Assembly: GCA_001784475.1 (NCBI GenBank)
Contig: MFRE01000022.1
Location: 44,234 to 108,233 of the forward strand
From: Candidatus Magasanikbacteria bacterium RIFOXYD2_FULL_41_14
GTDB taxonomy: Bacteria; Patescibacteriota; Patescibacteriia; Magasanikbacterales; GWA2-37-8
Direction: 5' to 3'
DNA: 64,000 bases
Shown: piece after piece, positions 36,070 to 46,679 of the stretch
Position numbering within the stretch: position 1 is the stretch's first letter
Layout: the number at the start of each line of letters is the position of its first letter
The notes under the pieces: model-generated
Seen by the model: only the letters and a program-made list of their open reading frames with translations
What the model was told of the DNA's origin: nothing
Databases searched by the model: none
Program-made: the position numbers and the translations under genes

Positions 36070-38973
36070 ATGTATAACGCCGATCAAAACGAACTCGAAA
36101 TATTAAAATATTGGCAAGACCACCAATGTTTTGAAAAATCAGTCGAACAACGTCCGGAAGATAAGCCCTATGTTTTTTATGATGGACCACCGTTTGCGAC
36201 CGGTCTGCCACATTATGGGCATATTTTGAGTTCGGTAATTAAAGATGTGGTGCCACGTTATTGGACCATGAAGGGCTATCGCGTGCGCCGGCGTTGGGGT
36301 TGGGATTGTCACGGGCTTCCAATTGAAAATATTATCGAAAAGGAATTAAAGATTTCTGGCAAGAAAGATATTGAAAATAAGTTGGGAGTTGATAAATTCA
36401 ACGATGCCTGTCGTTCCAAGGTTTTGACGTACACCAAAGAATGGAAAAAAATGGTGGACCGTGAAGGGCGCTGGATTGAATTTGATAATGCTTACAAAAC
36501 CATGGATCCCACTTATATGGAATCGGTTTGGTGGGCTTTGAAAACCATGTGGGACAAAAATTTGATCTACAAAGGCCGTAAAATGCTGATGTTTTGTCCG
36601 CGTTGTGAAACTCCGGTATCAAAAGCGGAAATCGCAATGGATAATAGTTATAAGGATATTACCGAATTGTCATTGACTGTCAGATTTAAATTGTTGGATG
36701 AGCCTGACACCTTTTTATTAGCTTGGACCACAACTCCTTGGACATTGCCAGCCCACATGTTTATTGCCGTTGGGCCAAAGATTGAATATGTAAAAGTAAA
36801 ATATAATAATGAATTTTATATTGTCGGTAAAAAACTGTTGGGTAATGTTTTTAAAGGTAAGGATTATGAGGTGGTACAAGATTTGTCCGCCAAGGATTTG
36901 GTCGGTAAAGAATATGAAGCTTTGTTTCCGTTTTATGCTAATATTAAAAACGGTTTGAAAGTTTGGGAGTATGAGAATGTGAGCGACGAAGAGGGGACAG
37001 GTCTAGTACATATGGCTGCGTTTGGCGATCAGGAAGAATTGGAATTTATGAACAAGAACGAGATTGAGACAATAGTTCATTTAAGTACCAAGGGGGAATT
37101 TGTTGAAGGTACTGGTTTTCTCACAGGTAAAAATATGAAGTCGCAGGATCGTGAAATCCGGAAATATTTGGAAGAGAATGACAAACTTTTTAGCGCTGTA
37201 AACTATACCCACTCCTATCCGTTTTGTTGGCGTTGTGATACACAGCTATTTTATAATCCAACAGTGGCTTGGTTTATCAACATCCAAAAAGTAAAATCAC
37301 GTCTGAGTGAGCTGAACGAGAAAATTAATTGGTTCCCAGATCATTTAAAACATGGGCGATTTTTGAATATTTTAGAGACCGCACCCGATTGGAATATTTC
37401 GCGTAATCGTTATTGGGCCACACCCTTGCCTTTTTGGCAATGTGAAAATGAAAAATGTGGCGAGTATGTTTGTGTGGGTAGTGTCAGCAAATTAAAAGAA
37501 ATGGCAGTTAATTTTAGTGAAGTTTATCAAACCGATAAAGTGGCAGATTTGGATTTGCATAAAGACAAAATGGATAAAATAAAATTAAAATGTGCGAAAT
37601 GCGAGAGCCAAATGACCCGCATACCTGAAGTAATTGATTGTTGGGTGGAAGCGGCCTCGATGCCTTTTGCTGAATTTCATTATCCTTTTGAAAATAGGGA
37701 AGTTTTTGAAAAACGTTTTCCGGGTCAGTTTATTGCTGAGTACATTGCTCAAACACGTGCTTGGTTTTATTATATGCACGCGATGTCGGTATTATTGTTC
37801 GATAACATTAGTTTTGAGAATGTGGTTTGTACCGGCACGATTTTAAATGATAAGGGCGAAAAGTTGTCTAAGTCAAAAATGAATTATACTGATCCTTGGG
37901 TGATTATTGAGCAGTATGGCGTAGATGCTTTGCGATATTATTTACTGACGAGCGTAGTTTTGCAGGCCGAGAATTTATTTTTTAATGACCGCGAAGTAAA
38001 AGAAATTTACAACAAGGTCGTTAATATGCTGTGGAACGTGGTGGAGTTTTATAAGATGTATGCGGTGGAGCCGGACGTATCTGATGAAAAAGCGAGAAAA
38101 CAAGTCAGTGATAATATTTTGGACAAATGGATTTTGACCAAAGTGTCGGTGCTTGTCAAAGAAGTGACGGAAAATATGGATAATTATGACACAGTGAAAG
38201 CCGGCCGTCCACTTAAGGAGTTTATTGATGAATTATCTACTTGGTATGTCCGCCGTTCACGTGATCGGTTTAAGGGCGAAGATATGGCTGATAAAATAAA
38301 CGCGAGTAATACCTTGCGCCACGTTTTAGTTTTGTTATCTAAATTAATGGCGCCGTTTACGCCATTTATCGCGGAAAAAATTTATTTGGAATTAACCGGT
38401 GGTAGGTACAAGGAATCAGTACATTTGGAAGATTGGCCAGAAATTAGAAAATCGGATGAAGAAGTTTTAGCGAATATGACCACAGTACGTAAAGTGGTAG
38501 AATTGGGCCTGTCACTTCGCGCTGAAGCTGGTGTAAAAGTTAGGCAAGTTTTGGGTCGGGCGGCTTTGGAAGAAAATAAGTTATCACTGGAGTATTTAGA
38601 AATTGTTAAGGACGAATTAAATGTAAAAGAAGTGGTGGCAGAAATTAACCAAAAAGGTGTATGGGTTTCTAAAGAGGAAGGTGGGTTAAAAGTTTCCCTA
38701 GATATGGAGCTAACTCCAGAGTTAAAAAGAGAAGGATTGGTGCGCGAAGTGGTGCGCGCCATAAATCAATTGCGTAAGGAAAGTGGCCTGACAGTGAGCG
38801 ATCAGGTTAATTTGGTTTATGAGACAACTGATGAAGATCTATCTAGCGTCCTCGTGCAGTATGGCGATACTGTTAAAACCGCTGTTCTGGCCGCTTCTTT
38901 GGAGCCTGGCGTTGGCCAAACCGATTTGTTGGTAGATGGGCGCGCTTTGCGAGTTAGTTTGACTAAAATTTAG
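36070..38973 (+). CDS. ileS: isoleucyl-tRNA synthetase
   Basis: 967 aa. HYGH (PHYGHIL) and KMSKS (KLSKS) class I motifs, CP1 editing domain, C-terminal zinc-finger region. Confidence 0.95.
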   Translation: MYNADQNELEILKYWQDHQCFEKSVEQRPEDKPYVFYDGPPFATGLPHYGHILSSVIKDVVPRYWTMKGYRVRRRWGWDCHGLPIENIIEKELKISGKKDIENKLGVDKFNDACRSKVLTYTKEWKKMVDREGRWIEFDNAYKTMDPTYMESVWWALKTMWDKNLIYKGRKMLMFCPRCETPVSKAEIAMDNSYKDITELSLTVRFKLLDEPDTFLLAWTTTPWTLPAHMFIAVGPKIEYVKVKYNNEFYIVGKKLLGNVFKGKDYEVVQDLSAKDLVGKEYEALFPFYANIKNGLKVWEYENVSDEEGTGLVHMAAFGDQEELEFMNKNEIETIVHLSTKGEFVEGTGFLTGKNMKSQDREIRKYLEENDKLFSAVNYTHSYPFCWRCDTQLFYNPTVAWFINIQKVKSRLSELNEKINWFPDHLKHGRFLNILETAPDWNISRNRYWATPLPFWQCENEKCGEYVCVGSVSKLKEMAVNFSEVYQTDKVADLDLHKDKMDKIKLKCAKCESQMTRIPEVIDCWVEAASMPFAEFHYPFENREVFEKRFPGQFIAEYIAQTRAWFYYMHAMSVLLFDNISFENVVCTGTILNDKGEKLSKSKMNYTDPWVIIEQYGVDALRYYLLTSVVLQAENLFFNDREVKEIYNKVVNMLWNVVEFYKMYAVEPDVSDEKARKQVSDNILDKWILTKVSVLVKEVTENMDNYDTVKAGRPLKEFIDELSTWYVRRSRDRFKGEDMADKINASNTLRHVLVLLSKLMAPFTPFIAEKIYLELTGGRYKESVHLEDWPEIRKSDEEVLANMTTVRKVVELGLSLRAEAGVKVRQVLGRAALEENKLSLEYLEIVKDELNVKEVVAEINQKGVWVSKEEGGLKVSLDMELTPELKREGLVREVVRAINQLRKESGLTVSDQVNLVYETTDEDLSSVLVQYGDTVKTAVLAASLEPGVGQTDLLVDGRALRVSLTKI

Positions 38974-38978
38974 CGATG

Positions 38979-39119
38979 TTGACAGCCCGTGTTCGGAGAG
39001 GTATAATAGGTATTGTTAATTTAATTTAAATATGGAACCAGAGCCTCCTTCGGTGGCGACGGAATACAATTATAATAATTTTTTAACCCAAGACCAATAA
39101 AATGGCCCTTGGGTTTTTT
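38979..39119 (+). promoter_or_regulatory. consensus promoter plus short leader with possible 22-codon uORF and terminator-like hairpin immediately upstream of the ATP-grasp gene
   Basis: TTGACA (38979-84)-17-TATAAT (39002-07). uORF ATG at 39032 (MEPEPPSVATEYNYNNFLTQDQ). Hairpin AACCCAAG...CTTGGGTT plus T6 at 39085-39119, ending 5 nt before the ATG at 39125. Confidence 0.35.
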
Positions 39120-39124
39120 AATCT

Positions 39125-41548
39125 ATGAATGCTCATAATTACAAAAAAGATTTTGGCGGTAAAACGGTTTTAATTCTTAGTTCCGGCACAGAACGCAACC
39201 GCTTTGTTTTTAATGTTGTCAATCGTTTGGGTTTAAAAACAGTTGTGCTGAACGACCGTGTTAATTGGAGTAAGCGTTTAGCAGATGATTTTATTCTGGC
39301 AGATAATTTTAATCACGCGCAAGTTTTAAATGTCCTGCGTTCTTATTTTTTAAAACACAAAGTGGCCGGTGTTGTTACTTTTTCCGAAGAAAATGTTGAA
39401 CTTCTAACTAAAGTTTGTCATGAATTTAATTTTATTGGCAACGGTCGCACTACTGCCGGTTACTTGCGTAATAAATACGCGATGCGGCAACGGTTCGCGG
39501 CTTGGCAGATTGACCAGCCAAACTTCGCGCTGGTTACGAACGATAGTGAATTGCAGATTGCCATTGCCAAGGTTGGCTTTCCAGCGATTATAAAACCGGT
39601 GGCTGGCACTGGCGGCGATTTTGTAGTTAAGGTTACTGATAAACATAATGCTCAAGAAATTTTTGATTTTATTAAAAAAAATGCCACTCCTAAATTTGAT
39701 CCCATATTTTTTCAAAATCAATATCAATTTTTGTACGAAAAATATTTACCGGGGGCCGAGGTTAGCGTGGAGGCGGTAACTCAAAACGGTCAAACTGATG
39801 TGGTAGCGATTGTGGATAAGCAGACCGGAGATGAGCCTTATTTTGTGGATTATAAACACAGTTTGCCTTCAAAATTAGATAGCGAAGAGCAAGAGATGGT
39901 AGAACGGCTAGTGTTTGCGGCGCATCGCGCTTTGGGGATTATGAACGGGATAACTCATACGGAGATTATAATGAGAAAAGACCGGCCGGCAATAATTGAG
40001 GTGGCCGGACAGATGGGCAGTCAATATATTTGGGATGGGGTGCGTACTACCTGGGGAGTTGATTTGGTGGAGCAGGCGTTTCGGGTTGCTTTGGGGCTGC
40101 CTATTACTACTCATCAACGGGCTTTGGAGCCAAAAAAATACTGGGCTTGTCAATATTTAGAAATTGAAAAATCAGGGATTGTGGCGGCCATTCACGGTGC
40201 CGATGAGGTGGCCAAGATAAAAGGCGTAAGAGATTTGTATTTAGACAAAGAAGTTGGTGACGCGGTTTTAGTTCCGCCCTTAAGTTTTGACACGATTGGT
40301 TGGCTAGCGGCAGAAGGGGAGAGCCATTCGGAGGTGGATGATGTGGTGAGCGCAGGAGTGGATAAATTAGAAATCCAAACCATTTCTTTTGATGCTGAAT
40401 CATCTGTTGGCCAAAGTGAACGTCGGAATAATTTTTCATCGGCGTTTGTAATGAAGAAAAAATATCTGGCGCAGGCACGGGTGGAAAAATTGCGCCGTTT
40501 GGATATTAAAAATTTGCGCGGGTTGCACGTGGGTATTTTAGGCAATGTTTATAAAAATAATTCTAAAACCACGGAAAAAAATGAAATCGCCGGCGAACTT
40601 ATGTCGGTTGGCTACGGCGTTCAGAAAGTTTTGCAAGAGCGTGGTTACCGAGTGAGCTTTTTTGATATGAATGAAAGCCCTTTGCCTTTGGAAAAAATCC
40701 AAAAATCAGGTGTGGATATTATTTTTAATGTTTGTGAGCGTATTAATGATTCTAGCTTGCTTGAACCACACGCTGCGGCGGTTTTGGATATTTTACAGGT
40801 GCCTTATACCGGTTCCAACCCCTTAACTTTGGCTTTTTGTATTGATAAAATTAAAGTAAAAAAATTATTGTCTTATCATAATATTCCTACTGCCAAATTT
40901 GATGTGGCCTACACCATGGACGATAAAATTGACAGTGAGTTACGCTATCCGCTGATTGTTAAACCGGCTAACACTGACAATAGTATTGGTATTACCAATA
41001 AATCAGTTGTTAAAAATATAAAAGAATTAAACACGCAACTTCACGAGGTGATAGTGAAAGCCGGTCGGCCGGCGCTGGTGGAAGAATATATTGAAGGCGA
41101 CGAGTTTGATGTCTCTATTATTGGTAATGAGCAAGGTTTGGAAGTTTTACCATTATCGCGTTCTATTTTTGATAAAATGCCGAAAGGTTATTGGCATATT
41201 TATCCGTTTGAATCAAAGTTTGGTGATGTTCCCGCTTATGATCAAATTAAATTGCAACGGCCAGCGAAGGTGGTCACTAAATTATCTAAATTAATCACTG
41301 AAATTGCGATTGATACTTATAATATTCTAGGGGCGCATGATTACGCGCGGGTGGAGATGCGGATAGATAAAGATCACAATCCATATGTGATTGAGTTAAA
41401 CCCTAATCCGTCTATTGGCGCTGATACTTGCACTGCAAAATGTGCGGCTTTGGCTGGTTATGATTATGGTGATTTTTTGGAGTTGATTTTAAGTTCAGCC
41501 ATTAAACGTTATCAAAATAGGCCACCTTTTTCTCATTTGAGCAATTAA
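39125..41548 (+). CDS. tandem ATP-grasp ligase fusion; C-terminal half is D-Ala-D-Ala-ligase-like
   Basis: 807 aa. First half FPAIIKPVAGTGGDFVVKV... is ATP-grasp. Second half resembles the Ddl N-terminal domain (HVGILG...) plus ATP-grasp (PLIVKPAN...YARVEMRIDKDHNPYVIELNPNPSIG). Confidence 0.6.
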   Translation: MNAHNYKKDFGGKTVLILSSGTERNRFVFNVVNRLGLKTVVLNDRVNWSKRLADDFILADNFNHAQVLNVLRSYFLKHKVAGVVTFSEENVELLTKVCHEFNFIGNGRTTAGYLRNKYAMRQRFAAWQIDQPNFALVTNDSELQIAIAKVGFPAIIKPVAGTGGDFVVKVTDKHNAQEIFDFIKKNATPKFDPIFFQNQYQFLYEKYLPGAEVSVEAVTQNGQTDVVAIVDKQTGDEPYFVDYKHSLPSKLDSEEQEMVERLVFAAHRALGIMNGITHTEIIMRKDRPAIIEVAGQMGSQYIWDGVRTTWGVDLVEQAFRVALGLPITTHQRALEPKKYWACQYLEIEKSGIVAAIHGADEVAKIKGVRDLYLDKEVGDAVLVPPLSFDTIGWLAAEGESHSEVDDVVSAGVDKLEIQTISFDAESSVGQSERRNNFSSAFVMKKKYLAQARVEKLRRLDIKNLRGLHVGILGNVYKNNSKTTEKNEIAGELMSVGYGVQKVLQERGYRVSFFDMNESPLPLEKIQKSGVDIIFNVCERINDSSLLEPHAAAVLDILQVPYTGSNPLTLAFCIDKIKVKKLLSYHNIPTAKFDVAYTMDDKIDSELRYPLIVKPANTDNSIGITNKSVVKNIKELNTQLHEVIVKAGRPALVEEYIEGDEFDVSIIGNEQGLEVLPLSRSIFDKMPKGYWHIYPFESKFGDVPAYDQIKLQRPAKVVTKLSKLITEIAIDTYNILGAHDYARVEMRIDKDHNPYVIELNPNPSIGADTCTAKCAALAGYDYGDFLELILSSAIKRYQNRPPFSHLSN

Positions 41549-41662
41549 CAGTAGATCGTCTGTTCGGTTTCAAAAAAATTTGACTTTTATCCATATATAT
41601 TGTATAAAAAGTATAGGGATTTTGCTTATTCCGAGTTTTTAATTCACAATAATCATATTTTT

Positions 41663-42649
41663 ATGAAAGTTGCCGAAGTATTTGACTTAGCGATTAAATT
41701 AGGTACGGCCGCTGATCCGCGCGGACAAAAGGGCGTGGCCCGTCATTTGGCACGCATGAAGAAACAATTTGACCGCCTTAGTGCCAAAGAGAAAGAGTTT
41801 TTTGATAAGGAAAAATTAACTAATCCGTACGCGGATTGCGCGATTAATTTTGACGATGGTAAGACCCAGGTTAAACGGGTTTTGGCTGGCATTGATATTG
41901 GTGGTTCAGAGATTTTACTCGCCAGTCAATTAAATGAACGTGGTAAAAAAATTGATTTGGTTAATGCACATCATCCCCAAGGCAAGGCGTTGGCAAATCT
42001 CCACGAAGTAATGGAAATGTTTACTGATGTTTATATTCAAAACGGTGTGCCGACACATATTGCGGAAAAAGTTACGGAAGAACGCTTAAAGGAAGTCGGG
42101 CGTGGCACTCACCCCATTAATCATTTTCAAGCGGTTGATGTCGCTCGTCATTTGGGCATTAATTTTATTAATACTCATACTATTACCGATAACATGGTTG
42201 ATAAATTTGTCGGAGATTATTTGGCGAAGCGGAAGCCGGATACTTTGGGCGATGTGGTGGAGTGTTTGATGGAATTACCGGAATATCAACAGGCCAAGAA
42301 AAACGGCGCTGGACCAAAAATTATTGCTGGCGCTCCCAATCATCGCGTTGGAAAAATGTTTATGGAAATGACCGGTGGCACTAATCCTTCGCCAAAAATT
42401 TATGAGCAATTTTCACGCTTTGGTATTAGCACAATTATCGGAATGCATATGCGCGATGAGTCCATGAAAAATGCTTCGGATGTTCACATGAATATTGTGA
42501 TTGCTGGACATATGGCGTCTGATTCGTTGGGTATGAATTTGTGGTTGGATGAATTGGAAAAACGCGGGATTGAAATCGTACCTTGTGGTGGTTTGATTCG
42601 GGTAAGTCGAAACAAATCCGCTCGAGGCGGACAGGAAAAGAAAAAATAG
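41663..42649 (+). CDS. NIF3/YqfO-family dinuclear metal centre protein
   Basis: MKVAEVFDLAIKLG..., NAHHP and AGHMASDSLGMN motifs. The listed ORF starts 63 nt upstream, but the second Met fits the family N-terminus. Confidence 0.65.
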   Translation: MKVAEVFDLAIKLGTAADPRGQKGVARHLARMKKQFDRLSAKEKEFFDKEKLTNPYADCAINFDDGKTQVKRVLAGIDIGGSEILLASQLNERGKKIDLVNAHHPQGKALANLHEVMEMFTDVYIQNGVPTHIAEKVTEERLKEVGRGTHPINHFQAVDVARHLGINFINTHTITDNMVDKFVGDYLAKRKPDTLGDVVECLMELPEYQQAKKNGAGPKIIAGAPNHRVGKMFMEMTGGTNPSPKIYEQFSRFGISTIIGMHMRDESMKNASDVHMNIVIAGHMASDSLGMNLWLDELEKRGIEIVPCGGLIRVSRNKSARGGQEKKK

Positions 42650-42675
42650 TTCTAAAAATTAATAAAAATAATACC

Positions 42676-42726
42676 TCCCGTAGGCCACTAAATGCTTTAT
42701 GGGGGTATTTTTTTTGATTTACATGT
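42676..42726 (+). terminator. intrinsic terminator after the NIF3 gene (AATACCTCCC...GGGGGTATT plus T8)
   Basis: Read directly. Confidence 0.5.
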
Positions 42727-42754
42727 TACGGTTTTTTTGCTATTATAACAATGT

Positions 42755-43318
42755 ATGATTTCACTTATCAACGGGCAAGTTGTCAGCAACAAAGACGGAC
42801 AAGTAGTTGTGAAAACCACTGGCGGGGTGGGGTATTTGGTTTTTGCGAGTTTGTCTGGTTTGAAAGAATGGGTAGTGGGGAAAGAAGCAGAAGTTTTGAC
42901 GTATTTGTCCGTGCGCGAAAATGCTTTGGATTTATTTGGATTTACCACTGAAGCCGAGCGAGGGTTATTTAAAAAATTACTAGATGTTTCTGGTATTGGT
43001 CCGAAGTCGGCTTTACATATTTTATCATTAGGCAGTGTGGAAGATATTAGCGCGGCGATTAATCGCGGTGATGTGGGGTATTTAACGCAAGTATCTGGCA
43101 TTGGCAAAAAAACCGCGGAAAGAATCGCGGTGGAATTAAAAAATAAATTAGCTGATTTAGGCGTGGTTGATGATGGTGGCCCAGTGGGGGACGCGGTAGC
43201 TGGTTTGGTGTCGCTCGGATATTCAGCCACAGACGCGCGAGTAGTAGTGAAAGGATTAAACCCATCTGGAAAATCTAGCGAAGCTTTGTTGAAAGAGGCA
43301 TTGCAGAAGATAAAGTAG
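42755..43318 (+). CDS. ruvA: Holliday junction DNA helicase subunit RuvA
   Basis: MISLINGQVV...GVGYLVF, two HhH motifs. Confidence 0.9.
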   Translation: MISLINGQVVSNKDGQVVVKTTGGVGYLVFASLSGLKEWVVGKEAEVLTYLSVRENALDLFGFTTEAERGLFKKLLDVSGIGPKSALHILSLGSVEDISAAINRGDVGYLTQVSGIGKKTAERIAVELKNKLADLGVVDDGGPVGDAVAGLVSLGYSATDARVVVKGLNPSGKSSEALLKEALQKIK

Positions 43319-43419
43319 TTTGTTAATTATAGAATTATATCTATAATTAAATTGATAACTGTTTTAGTTATTCAGTAGAAGTTTAGTAAGTAATAAAAAA
43401 ATCGACCGCAAGGCCGATT

Positions 43420-43447
43420 TTTATGTCCGTACACGTGTACGGACATA
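43420..43447. repeat. palindromic repeat copy 3 (TTATGTCCGTACACGTGTACGGACATAA), perfect 28-bp palindrome
   Basis: Read directly. Sits next to a bidirectional terminator hairpin between the convergent ruvA and pyrF. Confidence 0.6.
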
Positions 43448-43490
43448 AGTATATATTGGTATATATCATGGTATATACCAAATTTTATCT

Positions 43491-44261
43491 TCAATCTTCA
43501 TTCTTTAATTTTTCATACGCTTCCCAACCGGCTCGGCGATATTTTTTTGCTTCTGCTACCGGGTCGGGAGCGGAAATTATTCCTCGTCCAACTATTATTA
43601 CATCTGTTCCAGCGTTTATAGCTGTTTTTGGGGTATTATATTGTTGACCCAGCGTATCATTGCCAACCGATAGTTGAACGCCCGGGGTTATATTGATAAA
43701 GCAGGGGTTGTCACTTAATTTTCGCTGGGTAACAAAGCCAATAACAAAATCTAAATTATCCTCTGCCATTTCCAAGGTTTTTTGGGCGTATAATTTATCA
43801 GTTAGAGCGCCCTTGGCGCTCATTTCTGCGAGTAGCAAGAGACCGCGCCTTTTGGAAAGGCCCGCTTCTCTAAGTCCATCAATAATACCCGGTCCAGGCA
43901 AAGAGTGAGCATTGATAATATGGGCCCAATCGGCAATACAATAGATCCCGTTTTGGTATTGCTTTTGCACAGTGGCGCCAATATCGGCAAATTTACGATC
44001 TTCAAAAATTAAAAAATTATGTTTTTCCGCGAGCCGTTGTAATTCAGCGACAAGATTGGCGTCAAAATCTTCGACAATGTCAATGTGTGTTTTTATTACA
44101 CAAATTTCTGGGCCAATACTGTCGGCCAGTTGGAGAATTTCCGATTTAGTGGTGACATCCGCCGCCAAACAAAGATTAGTTTGTTTTGAATCCATCAAAT
44201 ACAAAAGTTGTTTAGCAGTTGGATTGGCGCACAGAGTAGAGCGTTGGGAATAGGATAGCAT
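43491..44261 (-). CDS. pyrF: orotidine-5'-phosphate decarboxylase
   Basis: 256 aa, [11 protein letters not shown] motif. Confidence 0.85.
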   Translation of the reverse strand: MLSYSQRSTLCANPTAKQLLYLMDSKQTNLCLAADVTTKSEILQLADSIGPEICVIKTHIDIVEDFDANLVAELQRLAEKHNFLIFEDRKFADIGATVQKQYQNGIYCIADWAHIINAHSLPGPGIIDGLREAGLSKRRGLLLLAEMSAKGALTDKLYAQKTLEMAEDNLDFVIGFVTQRKLSDNPCFINITPGVQLSVGNDTLGQQYNTPKTAINAGTDVIIVGRGIISAPDPVAEAKKYRRAGWEAYEKLKNED

Positions 44262-44270
44262 AATATAATT

Positions 44271-44903
44271 TTAAACAGTCCAGGTCTCCGGGTCTTTATT
44301 CCATTTCATAGCAATTTCTTTGTCTTCGGGTTTTAAGTAATCGTTTTTTGAAGCGGTTTCAATTAATGTGGTAAAGTCGCTTAAATTATAGAGAGGGATA
44401 TTGGCTTGCTCAAAACTGATTTTTGATTTGTTCATCTGGTAATTAAATATTGCCAATACTCCCACTACTATTGCGTCATATTCGTCTTGGCAGGCCTGAG
44501 CTGATCGCAGAGAACTCCCGCCCGTTGATATTAGGTCTTCTACTATTAAAACTCTAGAATTTTTTGGCATTGTGCCTTCTACCATTTGACCGCGTCCATG
44601 GCCTTTAGGTTGGGGCCGCACATAAACCATCGGCTTATTAAGTTCGTTCGCTAAAAAAGCAGCCCATGGTATGCCAGCAGTGGCAGTGCCGGCAATTATA
44701 TCAAATTCTAGTTTTTTTTGCAATATTAAATCTATAAAAAATTTTATTATTTTATTTCTTTCATCCGGATAAGAAATTAATAAGCGATTGTCGCAATAAA
44801 TTGGTGCTTTAATTCCCGAAGTCCAAGTGTAGGGCGGGTCAACACTTAATGTTACAGCTTTGACTTCTAGCAAAATATTAGCTACCTCTTCAGCAACGTT
44901 CAT
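44271..44903 (-). CDS. pyrE: orotate phosphoribosyltransferase
   Basis: 210 aa, PRPP-binding VLIVEDLISTGGS. Confidence 0.9.
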   Translation of the reverse strand: MNVAEEVANILLEVKAVTLSVDPPYTWTSGIKAPIYCDNRLLISYPDERNKIIKFFIDLILQKKLEFDIIAGTATAGIPWAAFLANELNKPMVYVRPQPKGHGRGQMVEGTMPKNSRVLIVEDLISTGGSSLRSAQACQDEYDAIVVGVLAIFNYQMNKSKISFEQANIPLYNLSDFTTLIETASKNDYLKPEDKEIAMKWNKDPETWTV

Positions 44904-44913
44904 AAATTTAAAT

Positions 44914-45705
44914 TTAAAATTTAATAATATTTCCCGTTTTATCGCGGTGGTATTTACCTAATTCAAAAATTTGATTGGCGATTGTTCGGCTCATAACCGG
45001 ACCGTCCATGCAAGTACAAATTCCCAAATCATCTACCACGCATTGTCCGCAGACGCCAAAACCGCATTTCATATGGCGTTCCACGCTTACCTCGCATTTG
45101 GTATCATATTTATTAGCCAATGCCAGCACGGCCGTCTGCATTAATTCCGGACCGCAGGTGACAAGGATTCTCTTGTCGTCGTTTTGGTTTTCTAATAATT
45201 TTTCCAACACATCGGTCACGCGTCCTTTGGTTCCAGCCGAGCCGTCATCGGTAGTAATATGTAAATTTAAATTGGGGATTTTTTTTAAACGGTCTTCAAA
45301 TAATAATAAATCATGAGAGCGCGCGCCGACGATGAAATCTATTTTAGCACCATTAATTCGCTCTGCCAAATTTCCGAGTGGTGCCGCTCCGTATCCGCCG
45401 GCTACCATATAATAGTGATAGTCCGGTTTAATTGAATAGCTCGTTCCGAATGGGCCGGTAATGCCCACGCGGTCGCCCAAATTCAATTCAAATAATTTTT
45501 CGGTAAGTGGTCCCCGTTTAAAAACCGTCAAACCGAAAGTTTTGCCGTCATCAAACGAAATTGAAAATGGTTTTTGATCAACGTCCGGAATCCAGAGCAT
45601 AACAAATTGGCCGGGTTGGCTTTTTAAGTTGTAATCAAAGTAGAACGTCTTTATTGACGTATTTTCATCAATTATCTTGGAAATTTTTATAGTAAATGGT
45701 TGCAC
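44914..45705 (-). CDS. pyrK: dihydroorotate dehydrogenase electron-transfer subunit
   Basis: FAD/NAD-binding domain plus C-terminal 2Fe-2S Cys cluster CGFGVCGQCVV. Confidence 0.85.
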   Translation of the reverse strand: MQPFTIKISKIIDENTSIKTFYFDYNLKSQPGQFVMLWIPDVDQKPFSISFDDGKTFGLTVFKRGPLTEKLFELNLGDRVGITGPFGTSYSIKPDYHYYMVAGGYGAAPLGNLAERINGAKIDFIVGARSHDLLLFEDRLKKIPNLNLHITTDDGSAGTKGRVTDVLEKLLENQNDDKRILVTCGPELMQTAVLALANKYDTKCEVSVERHMKCGFGVCGQCVVDDLGICTCMDGPVMSRTIANQIFELGKYHRDKTGNIIKF

Positions 45706-45772
45706 GTTTTAATTTTAGATTTAAAATTTAACCAATTGGATATGTGTCGTGTTGTGTGTTTTGTGTGTCATG

Positions 45773-46678
45773 TTAATGCGCCGTTCCTCTAATTTCTTCT
45801 AGTGATGTTATATTCTCCGCTTTCATAAATTCTTCCATTTCCGCGGTGATTTTAGAAAAGCAGGTGCCTTTATTGTAATACATCGCCGAGCCCACGCCGA
45901 GCAATGTGGCGCCGGCCATAATCATGGCAATGCCATCACGGCCGGTAGTTATGCCACCGGTGCCGATTATGGGAATTTTAACAGCTTTGTATATATCATA
46001 CACACATTTAAGGGCAATGGGGAATAGTGCTGGGCCTGACACCCCGCCCACTTTATTGGATAACACTGGTTGGCGCGACTCAATATCTATCATCATGCCG
46101 GCAGCGGTATTAATCGCGGTAATGGCATCGGCACCCGCAGATTCAGCCGCTTTGGCAATCTCAGCAATATTCCAAGCGTTGGGCGATAACTTCATAATTA
46201 CCGGCACAGTTGATTTTGTTTTTACAATTTTGGTAATCGTTTCAACCGCTTCGGTGGAATAAGCAAATGGTCGGCCAAATTCGGCGCCCACATTGGGGCA
46301 AGAAATATCCACTTCCAAAAAATCAATCGGACCGGTACAAATTTTTTCTGCCACTACGCCAAATTCTTCGGCCGTGCCAGCAAAAATACTGCCGATAATT
46401 GGCGCGTCAGTAAGCGAACGCAGTTTAGCAATTTCCGGTAAGGCATTTTCTATTCCCGGGTTAGAAAGTCCAACCGCATTTAAAAAGAAATGGTCATTAC
46501 CCATCATTACCGGGTTTTTATGCCCTTCGCGTGGCTCTAATGAGATTGATTTAGTGGTAACCCCACCGGCACCAATTTTAATTATATTGGCCAATCCCGC
46601 TCCGGTAACACCCAAAATACCCGATGCCAAAACAATGGGGTTTTTAAATTGTTTATTTAAAAAAGTAGTGTTTAGCAT
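45773..46678 (-). CDS. pyrD: dihydroorotate dehydrogenase catalytic subunit (class 1B)
   Basis: 301 aa, TIM-barrel FMN motifs (GGITTGRD). Confidence 0.9.
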   Translation of the reverse strand: MLNTTFLNKQFKNPIVLASGILGVTGAGLANIIKIGAGGVTTKSISLEPREGHKNPVMMGNDHFFLNAVGLSNPGIENALPEIAKLRSLTDAPIIGSIFAGTAEEFGVVAEKICTGPIDFLEVDISCPNVGAEFGRPFAYSTEAVETITKIVKTKSTVPVIMKLSPNAWNIAEIAKAAESAGADAITAINTAAGMMIDIESRQPVLSNKVGGVSGPALFPIALKCVYDIYKAVKIPIIGTGGITTGRDGIAMIMAGATLLGVGSAMYYNKGTCFSKITAEMEEFMKAENITSLEEIRGTAH

Positions 46679-46679
46679 T

